Part shown: positions 29,904 through 41,100 of the stretch, piece after piece
Numbering within the stretch: position 1 is the stretch's first letter
How the letters are laid out: the number at the start of each line of letters is the position of its first letter
Assembly (NCBI GenBank): GCA_048939015.1
Contig: JBHLPW010000002.1
Location: forward strand, 1-64,000
Length of the DNA: 64,000 nt
Reading direction: 5' to 3'
Origin: Promethearchaeota archaeon
Lineage (GTDB): Archaea > Asgardarchaeota > Lokiarchaeia > Sigyniarchaeales > SOKP01
Position numbers and translations under genes: made by a program
The notes under the pieces: generated by a model
What the model was told of the DNA's origin: nothing
Databases searched by the model: none
Seen by the model: the letters and a program-made list of their open reading frames with translations, nothing else

Positions 29904-30713
29904 CTATTTTCTTTTTAAAAATTCAATAACTTTTTGAGTCCAACGTTTATTTTCTTGTATATTCATTCCATGTCCTGTGTTTTCAAATAATATTAATTCT
30001 GCTGAAGGTATATTTTCAGCTAAAATCTTAGCATTCTCCACAGGAAGTATCACATCTTCTGTTCCATGTAAAATTAAAGTAGGTATCGTTATTTCTGATA
30101 AACGTTCATAAGTATCGAAACTTTCAACATAAGCGGATTGACCTTCAAAACCTTTAGGTGAGGGAGGGTTGTTCATATAATTATCAATCACTTTCTTGAT
30201 TATATTTGGATTATTTTTTTTATAATTTTCAGGAAATAATGCTTCAGTTAGGTTTCTAGCCACTTTTTCGTAGTTTTTTTCTTTCAATAAAGTCAACATA
30301 TCCGTAAATGGATTTTTTCCAGGAATAGGTGGAATACCGTGGGAAGGACCGCACCAAGAAGATGTAAGTACTAATTTTTTTACTTTTTTAGGATAGTTTA
30401 ACACCAGTTCTTGAGCGATACATCCTCCCATTGAGAAACCTAATAAATATAAATTTTTAATGTCTAGATTATCAATTAAGCCAATAGTATCATCAGCCAT
30501 CATTTTCGCAGAATATTCTCCATCAGGAGTATCTGATTTTCCGGCTCCTCTATTGTCAAAAACGATGGTTTTAAAGATTTTGGAGAATTGGGCAATACTA
30601 TAAGGAGGCCAACTTTCTAAAGAACTACTAAGACCTCGAATCAAAAGAAAAGGATAACCTTCTCCATGAATTTCAAAATAAATATTGATATTTTTAACTT
30701 TGGCTTTTGGCAA
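29904..30713 (-). CDS. Alpha/beta hydrolase
   Basis: FDNRGAGKS, GFSMGG nucleophile elbow, HGTED, GHG. Confidence 0.92.
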   Translation of the reverse strand: MPKAKVKNINIYFEIHGEGYPFLLIRGLSSSLESWPPYSIAQFSKIFKTIVFDNRGAGKSDTPDGEYSAKMMADDTIGLIDNLDIKNLYLLGFSMGGCIAQELVLNYPKKVKKLVLTSSWCGPSHGIPPIPGKNPFTDMLTLLKEKNYEKVARNLTEALFPENYKKNNPNIIKKVIDNYMNNPPSPKGFEGQSAYVESFDTYERLSEITIPTLILHGTEDVILPVENAKILAENIPSAELILFENTGHGMNIQENKRWTQKVIEFLKRK

Positions 30714-30897
30714 ATTTATTACACCAAAAAAGTTTCATGCATTTTAATAATTTTAAGGCTTTAAAATAGTTTCTTTATAAAAGTTTAAATCTTGAAATCT
30801 ATTTAAACAAACTATTAGAGAGATAAAACTATAAATTTCAACAATTTTTAAATTATATCCTTTAAACCTTTATATAAATATAATAATAATTATTATT

Positions 30898-31905
30898 ATG
30901 AAAGTTCTGATAAAACCAAGACCAGAATTAGTGAATCTTTTCTCAAAAGAATCAGTTAAAAACAATCTTAGAAATGTGATCGAGCCAAACACAGATTTAG
31001 TTTTTTATGATGATTTTAAAAATAGCGAGAAAGAACAGATTCTCAATGAAATTGACATACTTATTGGCCCTAAAATCGAAGATAATGAAAAAAAGTTATA
31101 TGGGAACTTAAAATTGCACCAAACCTTTGCAACGGGATTAGAGGGATACGATTTTAATTTTTACAAGTCTAATAATACGGTTCTCTGTAATTCACATACT
31201 CATTCTAAAATTATAGCAGAATATGCTTTTGCCCTTTTGCTTTCAATAGCAAGACAAATATCTAACAATGATCAATTATTAAGAGAAGGGAATTGGGATT
31301 ATACTAAATATCGAGCCACTACTCTGTATGAGAAAACTATTTTATTTCTTGGATATGGAACTATTGCTAAATATTTTAAGGAAATGTGTGAACCATTCAA
31401 AATGAAATATGTTGCAGTAAAAAGAACCAAAGAATGTGATGACAAGAATATAGAGATTTATATTCCTGAAGAGAAACATTCAGCTATTAAACAAGTAGAT
31501 ATTATTATTAACACTTTACCTTTAACGAAAAGGACAGTAAACTTTCTTGATAAAGATGAATTTGAAATTATGAAACCAACAACGATTATTGTGAATGTGG
31601 GGCGAGGAGCAACAATTAATGAAGAGGCTTTATATACTGCTTTAAAGGATAAGAAAATTAGTAGCGCTGCAATTGATGTATGGTACAACTATCCAGAGCG
31701 TAGATCGCCAGAAACACAGGAACCATTTCCATGTTATCCTTCTAAATTTCCATTTCATGAATTGAAAAATGTGATAATGACGGCCCATAGGGCTTGGCAA
31801 TCAGATAGGTTAATGGGGGATTTTAGACCATTTCTAGAAAATGTTAATAGATTTATTCGTGGTGAGACTCCTCATAATTTGGTAAATTTGGAGGAGGAAT
31901 ATTAG
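30898..31905 (+). CDS. D-isomer-specific 2-hydroxyacid dehydrogenase
   Basis: GYGTIA, LPLT, VNVGRG, AAIDVW and TAHRA motifs. Confidence 0.9.
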   Translation: MKVLIKPRPELVNLFSKESVKNNLRNVIEPNTDLVFYDDFKNSEKEQILNEIDILIGPKIEDNEKKLYGNLKLHQTFATGLEGYDFNFYKSNNTVLCNSHTHSKIIAEYAFALLLSIARQISNNDQLLREGNWDYTKYRATTLYEKTILFLGYGTIAKYFKEMCEPFKMKYVAVKRTKECDDKNIEIYIPEEKHSAIKQVDIIINTLPLTKRTVNFLDKDEFEIMKPTTIIVNVGRGATINEEALYTALKDKKISSAAIDVWYNYPERRSPETQEPFPCYPSKFPFHELKNVIMTAHRAWQSDRLMGDFRPFLENVNRFIRGETPHNLVNLEEEY

Positions 31906-31932
31906 TTATTAATTAAAAAGATTTTATCACCA

Positions 31933-32640
31933 TTATGTTTTTATCCCTATGTAAAGGCCTCTATCTTTCATTAAACCATCCTTTAAAAAATCAGCTTTTA
32001 TTCCTGCTTTAGTCATAATATCTAAGAATTTTTCAATTTCAAAGAGTCCTAATTCATGACGATCTACAAAATATTTAACATCTTCATTTCTTTCAGCAAT
32101 TAAATAATGCATTTCCATAACTGATAACTCATCTTCCAATTTTGCTGTATTCAATCTAGCAATCTTTATATCTTCTCCATCATAAGTAGTCATTCCAGGA
32201 TGTCCAACCGAATAAGTCGATTTTGTAAACCAGGGCTCGATAATTACTACGCCTCCTTTTTCCAAATGATTTGAAAAGTTTATGATCGTCTTTGTCAGAT
32301 TAGCGTATGTTTTTACATATCCTATTGAACTAAATAAACATATAATTATGCCGTATTTATCTTTAAGCTTCATATTTATCATATCTGCTTGTTTAAAAAT
32401 TACTCCATGGATCTTTTTTCTGGCAACTTCCAGCATTTCTTCATTAATATCTGTACCAGTACAAGAAAATTTATCTTTAAAATATTCTAAATGTTTTCCA
32501 GTACCGCAACCAACATCCAATAATTTATTACCATCAGATACCTTATATTTATCAATTAATTCCTTAACTCTTTCCACTTCTTTTTTATAATCCTTCCATG
32601 AATAGATTAAATCATAATACTTTGCTAATTCTTTATACAT
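31933..32640 (-). CDS. Class I SAM-dependent methyltransferase
   Basis: LLDVGCGTGKH, CLFSSIGY and GGVVIIEPW motifs. Confidence 0.92.
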   Translation of the reverse strand: MYKELAKYYDLIYSWKDYKKEVERVKELIDKYKVSDGNKLLDVGCGTGKHLEYFKDKFSCTGTDINEEMLEVARKKIHGVIFKQADMINMKLKDKYGIIICLFSSIGYVKTYANLTKTIINFSNHLEKGGVVIIEPWFTKSTYSVGHPGMTTYDGEDIKIARLNTAKLEDELSVMEMHYLIAERNEDVKYFVDRHELGLFEIEKFLDIMTKAGIKADFLKDGLMKDRGLYIGIKT

Positions 32641-32705
32641 AATTTCAACTCCATTTATACAATAAATAATTTAATTATAATTAAAAAGAAAAAAATAAGA
32701 ATGTT

Positions 32706-35276
32706 TTAGTCACATTCTTCTGGTATAACTAAAGGCTGGGTTCCAGTTTGGTTGCCAATTAGTTTTAATATCTCAGGACCAAAAACATTAGATAATATTT
32801 CATTCATCTGTTTTCCGCCTAAATAGCTTTGACAGCCTAAATGAAGTTTATGAAAGGTATCACCTAGGTTTTCTTCAACTTCCTTAATGAATTCGATTAT
32901 TTTATCTTCTAATGTTGGTGATGGAGTCTCGTTCAGTAAAAAGACTACTTTAAATTCTTTATTGGTAAAAAATCCACCTGAAAGATGGCCAAGGCTAAAC
33001 TTTATTGATAAAATTTCGCCTACTTTCAATGCATGGCTCGCTATATGATCCAATGCTGTGAGAAAACCAGAAAAAATTGTATTATCAACATCTTCAGTAG
33101 TAAAATTTAATTCATATTGATTAGCACCACTTTCTCGATGTTGTACCAGTAATTTCTGAATATTTTCTATATCTGGATCGACTATAAAGGGTTTTGTTAA
33201 GAAATTATAGATATCCTCAGACGAGTTTTTTAGCACTTTGAACAATTTTTTGTTTATATAACCATACTCAGGGCCAGTTGGTTCTTCCCAACTTGGATCA
33301 TTTATCAATTCTGTTGCTGCTCGTCCGCTATTTTTCATTATACCTACTTGCGCTCCAAAAACGATTGCTAAATGAAATTCAAAGGCAGAAATATCTCCAC
33401 CGTTTATTCCAATAAGTTTAACTTTACTTGGTTCAATACCAGATTTCATTATATCATACCAATATTGAATCGGTTCTCTAATACTGAAATCTTTTCCTTC
33501 TGTAAAATGAACTGTACTATATCTTTTATCTAATTCAACGTGAGCAGGCATATGACTTGGAACATAACCAATTGTTTTTATTTGATCTGGGTAGTTATCT
33601 TGGATTTCTCCTACTGTACCGCTAATTCCTGCTTTGGTACCACCTGAAATTATTGTTCCTTCAAAATTCCTAAAAGCTTCAATTATATTAGTGTTAAATA
33701 TTTCTAAATTTCGTTCAATACGTTTATCTGTCCCCCCAGCAATAATTACAATAGGCTCATCAAGATTTCTTTCCATTTGTTTTATTTCGGAATCTAATGC
33801 CAAAGTGGACTCATTAATCATTTTATCAGTTTTCTCAACTATATTTGGATGAAATAAAATCCCCAATCGAAGAACTTGTCTGATAAAATCGATGCCTTTT
33901 AATTTATCTTTTATTAGTTTAAGGTTATTCAGAGTATTTAGAGTAGTTTCAATCATCCAAATATCAGAGCTGAATCTTATTCCTTTTAAATAATAATCTA
34001 AAGCTTCATTTACATTTCTAAGAAATAAGTTAAATAAACCTACGTCAAAAAAAGCCCATGGAGTATCGACCATTACTTCTATTTGTCTTAACCGTATTTT
34101 AATTGCTTTCTGAATCATATCATAATTTCTTTCAATATGAACTAAATCTCCTGTTTGCTGAATAACTAGGATTAAATAATTACCTAAAGGATATGGATCT
34201 CCTGGATTCACTTTTAATGCTTGTTTATAGCATTCCAAAGCTTTAGTATAATTATTTTGACTTTTATATGTACCTCCTAATGATGACCATCCATTTGAAT
34301 CAAAAGGATTTCTTTGAGCTGCCTCTATTAAAAATTTCTGACCCTGAATAAATGCTGGGCTTGAGGGATTTTTTTTGTATTTTTGATGATGAGATACACC
34401 CAAATCTCTTAAAACTTCTGCTACTTCTAATTCTGATACTTGTTTAAAGGCTTCAGTTTTCATCAATTCATTTAAAATTTCAATACTTTTATCCATATCG
34501 TTAATTGCCATCGCCAATCTCGCAATTCTATAACCAATTTTTAAATTCTCTTTGTCAGCTTCATAGACCATTTCTAATCTCTCTATTTCAGACTTTATTT
34601 TTTCATTAGACATATAAGTGATTATGGTTGATTCATAATCCCGCATTTTTTTCATGATTTTATCTAATGATTCATCTTCAATAGTCAATAATGATTTTAC
34701 TCGGGTGAGTTCTTGTTCATATGGTTTAGGGACTTTAAAGTCGTGTTGGTTAAAGACTTTGTATTGATTCGCAGCCCATCCATAACTCAAATATGTACAA
34801 ATTTGAATTTCTGCTTTTAAATTGAACATTTTCTCAGGGATATTAAGTTCAAGTCTATCATATATCTTTAAATCAGGCATCAACTGAACAGTGTAGGTCT
34901 GAAAATGTCCAAGAGAAGTACTTATCTCACTTAGTTCGGAGATTTCCAAACCATCTACAGTATCAAATAAAAAATTATCTCGAATTGCTTCACTAACAGC
35001 ATTTAATTCGTTGATATTTGGTAAAAGTATCCTAAATCCGATTAAATCAGTAATTTCTAGAAAAGGATTGGTAATTTTCTTTTCTGATTTAAAGAGTTTG
35101 TTTGCAAAACTAGAAATCTTCTTTACTCGCCCTTGTATGATGAATTCAGATGAATGACCTCTTACTATATTCTTGAGGATCTTCTTCATAATTTTATGAA
35201 ATTCTTTGTAAAATGGACGAATTTCTTTATATTTATTAATTTGCTCTTCGTATGGTTTGCGTTGTTCTAATTCCAT
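32706..35276 (-). CDS. Multidomain protein: RelA/SpoT-like nucleotidyltransferase + TPR + SLOG/LOG-like Rossmannoid + longin-like C-terminus
   Basis: QGRVKKISSF..K, ITDLIGFRI and AEIQICT...WA (RelA_SpoT); TPR WSSLGGTYKSQNNYTKALECYKQAL; IIAGG, ISGGTKAGI and GINGG...E (SLOG-like); IFSGFLTAL (longin-like). Confidence 0.7.
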   Translation of the reverse strand: MELEQRKPYEEQINKYKEIRPFYKEFHKIMKKILKNIVRGHSSEFIIQGRVKKISSFANKLFKSEKKITNPFLEITDLIGFRILLPNINELNAVSEAIRDNFLFDTVDGLEISELSEISTSLGHFQTYTVQLMPDLKIYDRLELNIPEKMFNLKAEIQICTYLSYGWAANQYKVFNQHDFKVPKPYEQELTRVKSLLTIEDESLDKIMKKMRDYESTIITYMSNEKIKSEIERLEMVYEADKENLKIGYRIARLAMAINDMDKSIEILNELMKTEAFKQVSELEVAEVLRDLGVSHHQKYKKNPSSPAFIQGQKFLIEAAQRNPFDSNGWSSLGGTYKSQNNYTKALECYKQALKVNPGDPYPLGNYLILVIQQTGDLVHIERNYDMIQKAIKIRLRQIEVMVDTPWAFFDVGLFNLFLRNVNEALDYYLKGIRFSSDIWMIETTLNTLNNLKLIKDKLKGIDFIRQVLRLGILFHPNIVEKTDKMINESTLALDSEIKQMERNLDEPIVIIAGGTDKRIERNLEIFNTNIIEAFRNFEGTIISGGTKAGISGTVGEIQDNYPDQIKTIGYVPSHMPAHVELDKRYSTVHFTEGKDFSIREPIQYWYDIMKSGIEPSKVKLIGINGGDISAFEFHLAIVFGAQVGIMKNSGRAATELINDPSWEEPTGPEYGYINKKLFKVLKNSSEDIYNFLTKPFIVDPDIENIQKLLVQHRESGANQYELNFTTEDVDNTIFSGFLTALDHIASHALKVGEILSIKFSLGHLSGGFFTNKEFKVVFLLNETPSPTLEDKIIEFIKEVEENLGDTFHKLHLGCQSYLGGKQMNEILSNVFGPEILKLIGNQTGTQPLVIPEECD

Positions 35277-35610
35277 AATACCATTATCACTCCTTATTTC
35301 TATTTGATTAAATTTTTCTTGAATTTCTTCTCTTACTAGAATTTTTACTGATTATTATTTAAAATTTTCTCAATAAATACAATTTAAAGAATAATGATCG
35401 ATAGAATTTAGATTCTCTATCAAGTTTAAAATAATGCCTAGACAAGATAAAATCGGATTTAATTTGAAAAAGTCATTCTATAGTAGTATTTTGAAACTAA
35501 ATTTTCATTTTCACTTAATTTGATAAAATGATTGTATAGAGATTATTATATTATATTAGAGAAGCTTTTTTGACTGTTATTTTCCTTATTTAAGATGGAA
35601 TTTTAAAATA

Positions 35611-35796
35611 GTGGAGATGATTAAAATACCAGAGTTAGTTTGTGATATTTGTGGTTCAAGAAAGGAAGTTCCTACATGTTGTGATACATCAATGATAGTT
35701 AAGGATGAATATTTATTATGTTGTTGCTCTGATGAGTGTGGATATCAACCAATTCCCGAATGTTGTGGTCAATTAATGAAATATATAGAACATTAA
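35611..35796 (+). CDS. Small Cys-rich protein with two desulforedoxin-like metal-binding motifs
   Basis: CDICG...PTCCDTSM and CSDECG...PECCGQLM. Confidence 0.65.
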   Translation: MEMIKIPELVCDICGSRKEVPTCCDTSMIVKDEYLLCCCSDECGYQPIPECCGQLMKYIEH

Positions 35797-35839
35797 AAAT
35801 ATAATTTAAAATTATAACAATTTGAAAAAAAATTTGATT

Positions 35840-37900
35840 TTAAGCTGTAGGAGAAACCTTTTTTTGTAAACCTCTTAAAATTTCTTCATATAATTTCTCT
35901 ATAAAACCCTCAAAATCATTCTCAGTATACTTCACATTTAACATCTGCCATAATAAAACAGGTATGTCATCCTCATTATCATATACTGGAATAATTTTTA
36001 ACATTCCCTTTTTTCTCATCTGGAATGCAGCTTGCCATTCATCTTTAACAGCATTAGATTTTACTGAATTTTTCGAGCAGAAAAGTACGAATATATCCGT
36101 ATTTTTTAGAGTATCTTCCATGAATTCTACGATGTTTTGTTTACTGTCAGCTTGCCAATACGAAACCTTTTTTATTTCTGGATATACTTCTAATTCTTTC
36201 ACTATATCTGATATTCGAAAATGCTCAGCATCCAAAGTAGAATAACTGAGAAATACTCTCTGGTTTTTAATGTCCTCAAGTGGTGATACTGGTGCTATTT
36301 CTTTTGCTTTTTGATTAAAGGCGATTGATTTTGATGCTGAAAAATATTCCGCGTCAATTTCCCGATTTTTAATCATTTCAAGAATTATTTGTTCGATTTG
36401 ACTTTCATCTTTAACATCACTCTTTTCAACAATATCCATGAGTTCAAGGCGGGCAAATTTAGTTCCATAGTTCAAGATAGTCTTTTTGATCTTTTTCTTG
36501 ATATTAAACTGGAAGTCCTTACAATAATCAATTTTTTCTTCAATTTTCTCTAGTAATTCAGAAAGTTCATATTCTCTTGCTAATTCTTTTATTTCAACTA
36601 GTTTTAAAATTGCGTCATAAAATTTACTATTTTCAATTAGATTTTCAATTTTAGATAATTTCTTTTGTATCTTTTTATCCATTTTAGCTTGTTCTTTATC
36701 TCTCTTAATTTCTTCTTCCAGTGTTTTACACTGTTCTATTTTTTCTTCTGCTTCTTTCAAAATTTCTGATAATTCATATTCTTGTGCTATTTGTTTAACT
36801 TTTTCTAATTCTCGAAATGCATTTCTTAGCTTATTATCTTCAATTAAATCTTCAATTTCAGATAACTGAGTTTGAAGTTCGTCTTTAACTCTCTGTTCTT
36901 CTAATTCTTCTCTTTTTTCTATTTTAAGTGTATTAACTTCCTTTAATTTTACCTGCGCCTTTTTCATTAATTCTATCAATCCAAAATTTCTTGCAGATGC
37001 TATTATATTATTTAGATTTGCAATAGCTTCATCATATCTATTTCCTCTAATTAATTCATCAATTTCTGACATTTTTTGCTGAAGACCAGTTTTAATTTTT
37101 CGTAGTCCCTCTTCTCTTTCCTCTTTGGAAATTTCTTTAAAGATAATAACAAAATCCCTTACTCGAGCATTTATCTCATGATTAGTGATCATATCGTCAA
37201 CAATGGTTTCAAGAGTTTCACGTTTTATTCCTGTTTTTGATATAATTTCGAAAAAAGGCAGTTCCTTTGATTGAAATTGCATGGTTTTGATAAAATCAAT
37301 AGTTTTTCCTTCAACTAATTGTTTATCCTCCCAATCAGTACCAACTACTACTTCCTGTTTAATTTCGATAGGTTCAACTTCTAATACCTTCCGTTTCATA
37401 GGTTTAGCCTTTACTTCTTTTACTTTCGTCGATTTAACACGTCGAAATATTAATTCTCCTTCCTTACTTACAACAGCAACAACATTTGTTCCAATTAAAC
37501 CAATCCCAAAAATCAAACATAAATAGAATCCAGCTGTAAAGGTTATAGGATTTACAATTACTTGATTTAATGAGATTATAGAAGGATAGATCATTAAGCT
37601 AATTAAAATTAAAAGAAAACCAATTCCACCGAATAGGAGTGCCTTTTTTTTTCTTTCTGGGGTCAATAGTATAATTGAGATAATGGCAAGTGCAACACCT
37701 ACCCACCCCCCAAAAATTAAAGCAATATAACCCTCATATTCTGTCGTATAACCTTCCCATACAGGAGTTTCGGGTGGTGGTGGATATGGAGGGTGATGTT
37801 CTAAATAATATGGAAGAAATGCTGAAACCAATACAATTATAATTAAGATTCCATAAATTAATCTTATAAAATTGAATTTCTGTATTCTAATTTCTGTCAT
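35840..37900 (-). CDS. 4-TM membrane protein with winged-helix/PCI-like segments, three helical repeats and a C-terminal TIR domain
   Basis: N-terminal TM helices; repeats LSEIEDLIEDNKL.NA..EL..VK..A.EYEL.E.L..AEEKI..CK; TIR VFLSYS...FVLFCSKNSVKSNAVKDEW...IIPV. Confidence 0.82.
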   Translation of the reverse strand: MTEIRIQKFNFIRLIYGILIIIVLVSAFLPYYLEHHPPYPPPPETPVWEGYTTEYEGYIALIFGGWVGVALAIISIILLTPERKKKALLFGGIGFLLILISLMIYPSIISLNQVIVNPITFTAGFYLCLIFGIGLIGTNVVAVVSKEGELIFRRVKSTKVKEVKAKPMKRKVLEVEPIEIKQEVVVGTDWEDKQLVEGKTIDFIKTMQFQSKELPFFEIISKTGIKRETLETIVDDMITNHEINARVRDFVIIFKEISKEEREEGLRKIKTGLQQKMSEIDELIRGNRYDEAIANLNNIIASARNFGLIELMKKAQVKLKEVNTLKIEKREELEEQRVKDELQTQLSEIEDLIEDNKLRNAFRELEKVKQIAQEYELSEILKEAEEKIEQCKTLEEEIKRDKEQAKMDKKIQKKLSKIENLIENSKFYDAILKLVEIKELAREYELSELLEKIEEKIDYCKDFQFNIKKKIKKTILNYGTKFARLELMDIVEKSDVKDESQIEQIILEMIKNREIDAEYFSASKSIAFNQKAKEIAPVSPLEDIKNQRVFLSYSTLDAEHFRISDIVKELEVYPEIKKVSYWQADSKQNIVEFMEDTLKNTDIFVLFCSKNSVKSNAVKDEWQAAFQMRKKGMLKIIPVYDNEDDIPVLLWQMLNVKYTENDFEGFIEKLYEEILRGLQKKVSPTA

Positions 37901-38137
37901 TTAAATCTACTCTTCAATTATTTTATTTATTCGATTTTTAATAAAGATCTTTAATTTGTTTCTCGTTTAGTTCTATTAAGACGAGTTTAGATTTTATTTT
38001 TGGATTATACTACTTATATTAATTATATGATGACTTCATATTTATATCACTCTTGTGTATAAATTAAATTTCAATCAGAGTTAATATAAAGATACATAAA
38101 AAAAAAATAAAAGTAGTAAAAAGGCTAATATTAGAAT

Positions 38138-41100
38138 TTACTTTATTTTTTTCTTAAGTTGCCATGAAATTGATATTAAACTGAAAATCATTATTAAATA
38201 AAGCATATTAATATTATAAGTTGGTATAGCGGGAGATTCTGATTTCTTAATAGAAACCTCAGCATATCCTTCATGACCCAATGTATCAGTAGCATAAAAT
38301 CGTAGAGTGTATTCTCCAGGAGGTAATGCATTCCAATATTCTTGGATAATATCTCCAGTAAGGGTACAAGTTTCATTTATTTCTCCACCATCTAATGTAT
38401 ACCATATCTCATCTAAATTACCTTCATTTATAGTTAATTCAAAACTTGGAGCTCTATCTGTAAATGCTTGATTGTCTTCTGGAGAATTAATCGTGATCTC
38501 TGGTGAAAGTACATCTTTCCTCACAGTTACTTCTTCCCAATCAGAATTCCCTACCGAATCATTCGCATAAAATCTTATAGTAACAGTCCCATTGCCAAAA
38601 TTATCCCATTCCGTTTGGTCAATGTTTCCCATAGGTTCAGTAATAAGTAAGATTGTTACTCCTCCGTCCAAAGTATACCACATAATGTTCAAGTTTGGTT
38701 CTACAATAATTAAAGAAAATGAAGGAGTAGTGCTTCCGAAGAGATAATTTGAGATCGGTGTGGTGATTGTAATCTCTGGTGGAAGCACATCTTTTCTTAC
38801 TAACACATCTTCCCATCCAACATTACCAGCTGTATCATTCGCATAAAATCTAATAGTAACCGTTCCGTTTCCAAATTTACCCCATTCTATTTGGTCAATA
38901 TTACCCGTAGGTTCAGTAATAAGTACAATTGTTAACCCACCATCCAGGGTATACCACATAGTATCTAAATTAGGTTCAATAACTGTTATGTTAAAGTATG
39001 GTTCAGAACTTCCGAAAAGGTCATATAGAAGTGGTGAATTGATTGTAATGTTAGGATTGATAATATCAGCTATACAAGAAATTGTAAAATACCGAATTAA
39101 TGAAGATCTCATATATCCAACTGTATCATTTCCAAACACTTGAATGGTATGTAATCCATCTGAAGGCAATGGAATTGTAGTATTTCCTAAGATAGTCTTT
39201 ATTGTTTGAGAATCTAGTGAATATCCTTGCCAATCAAGAGCAATTTCACTCTCATAACTAAGTAATAGCCCTTCATTTAAATTATCTCCAATTTTATAAT
39301 TTGGATCCCAGGAATACCCTATCGCATCTACATATCTATTATGGCTATATGGCATTGACCAGCTTAACATATAGGTGGGTGCTATATTATTAATAAAGCT
39401 CAATGGTCCAATTTTAGTCCCATTAATATATAAATTCCATTGATATTGAGACAAACCCATATAACCTCCATTTGTAGCTTCAAAATCCATTCTAATATGA
39501 TACCACTTATTATTTATAACAGGAAGACCAGTATCATGCCAACCGGTATTATCTAGATATAAGAATTTATCTCCTACTCCGATTGCTACACAACAAATGT
39601 CTACAGTACCATTATGAAGTCTGATTTGAAATGAATGAGAAGAAGTGTAAGTAGTAATTTCATTTGCAGCCCAACATTCAAAAGTTCCATTACTCTGTGG
39701 TCCTGTAGTGAATTGCTGGAAAAAAATCGCCCCTCCTTCATAGCAATTGTATACCTTCTTATGACCATTAAATTCATCTATGACCTTCCAATTATCTTCA
39801 GAATCCAAAAAATTGAGAGGATCATTATTATTATGAGTATCTTCAAATCCATAGGTAGCTGGATAATAGCCACTCATCGGATCAGTATAGGTTTTGTTTT
39901 CAGGAGTGATTATATCTATAGGGAAATATTGAACGGTGAAATACCTAATCTGTGAATAATATTCTAATCCTAGTGAATCATTTCCAAATACTTGAACTGA
40001 ATGTACTCCATTCTCTGGTATCGGAATTGTTGTGTTTCCATAAATAGTTTTAGAGATGTGATCATCCAAAGAATACCCTTGCCAATCAAGAACGATTCTA
40101 TTTTTATAACTTAGCAATAAACCTTCATCCATATTAGCTCCAATTTGATAATTAGAATCCCATGAATACCCAATAGCATCAAAATACATATAATAATTCA
40201 TTTCTGTACTCGCAGTTGATATCCAAAATAGTGTTGCTTGAGGTTCATTATTTTCAAATTTAAAGGGTCCATATTTAGAGCCATTAATATGTATAAAACA
40301 GGAGTATTGATTCAATCCTTTATAATTCCCTGTTGAACATTCAAAATCAACACTTAAATGATACCAATTATTTGAAGAGGCAGGACACAATGAGTAATCC
40401 GTTCCATTAGTATATCGAAATTCATTATTCCTAATCTCAACAGCGAAAAGCGAATCAGTTACTACATCCAAATTCGCCAATCGAAAGGCTCCCGCCTGGG
40501 AAGCATCTGATATCCTCCACCAAAATTCTACTGTTCCATAAACTTGTACTGAGGAAAAGTTATTCCAAAGTTTTACAAGTCCAGCCCCAGCATTATTATT
40601 ATCATAGAGTTCTAAAACCTTTTGATGTCCATCAATTCCAGAAATGACTTGAACAGATGTATCTGAAGCTTCTAAAATTGTCCATCCTTCTGGATAAGTG
40701 CCATCCTCATCATTTTCAAATCCATGAGTTGCTAGGTAATATCCATCCATTGGTTGAGTATATGTTTGATTAACTGGAGTGACTAATTTAATCGAGGAAA
40801 CCTCAAAATGTTGTAGTCGTGATTGATATAACTCTCCTAATGAATCATTTCCAAATACCCGAATAAGATGTTCCCCATCTACTGGCATTTTTATAGTTGA
40901 ATTTCCTAGTATAGTTTTTATAGGCTGTAAATCAAGTGAAAATCCTTGCCAATCAAAGACAGTAGAGTTTGTAAAACTAAGTAATAACCCTTCGTTTAAA
41001 TTATCTCCAACATTATAGCCGGGATCCCATGAATAACCTATAGCGTCGACGTAATATGTAAGATTATTACTCGCACTAGAATAAATCTGAAAATTATGTA

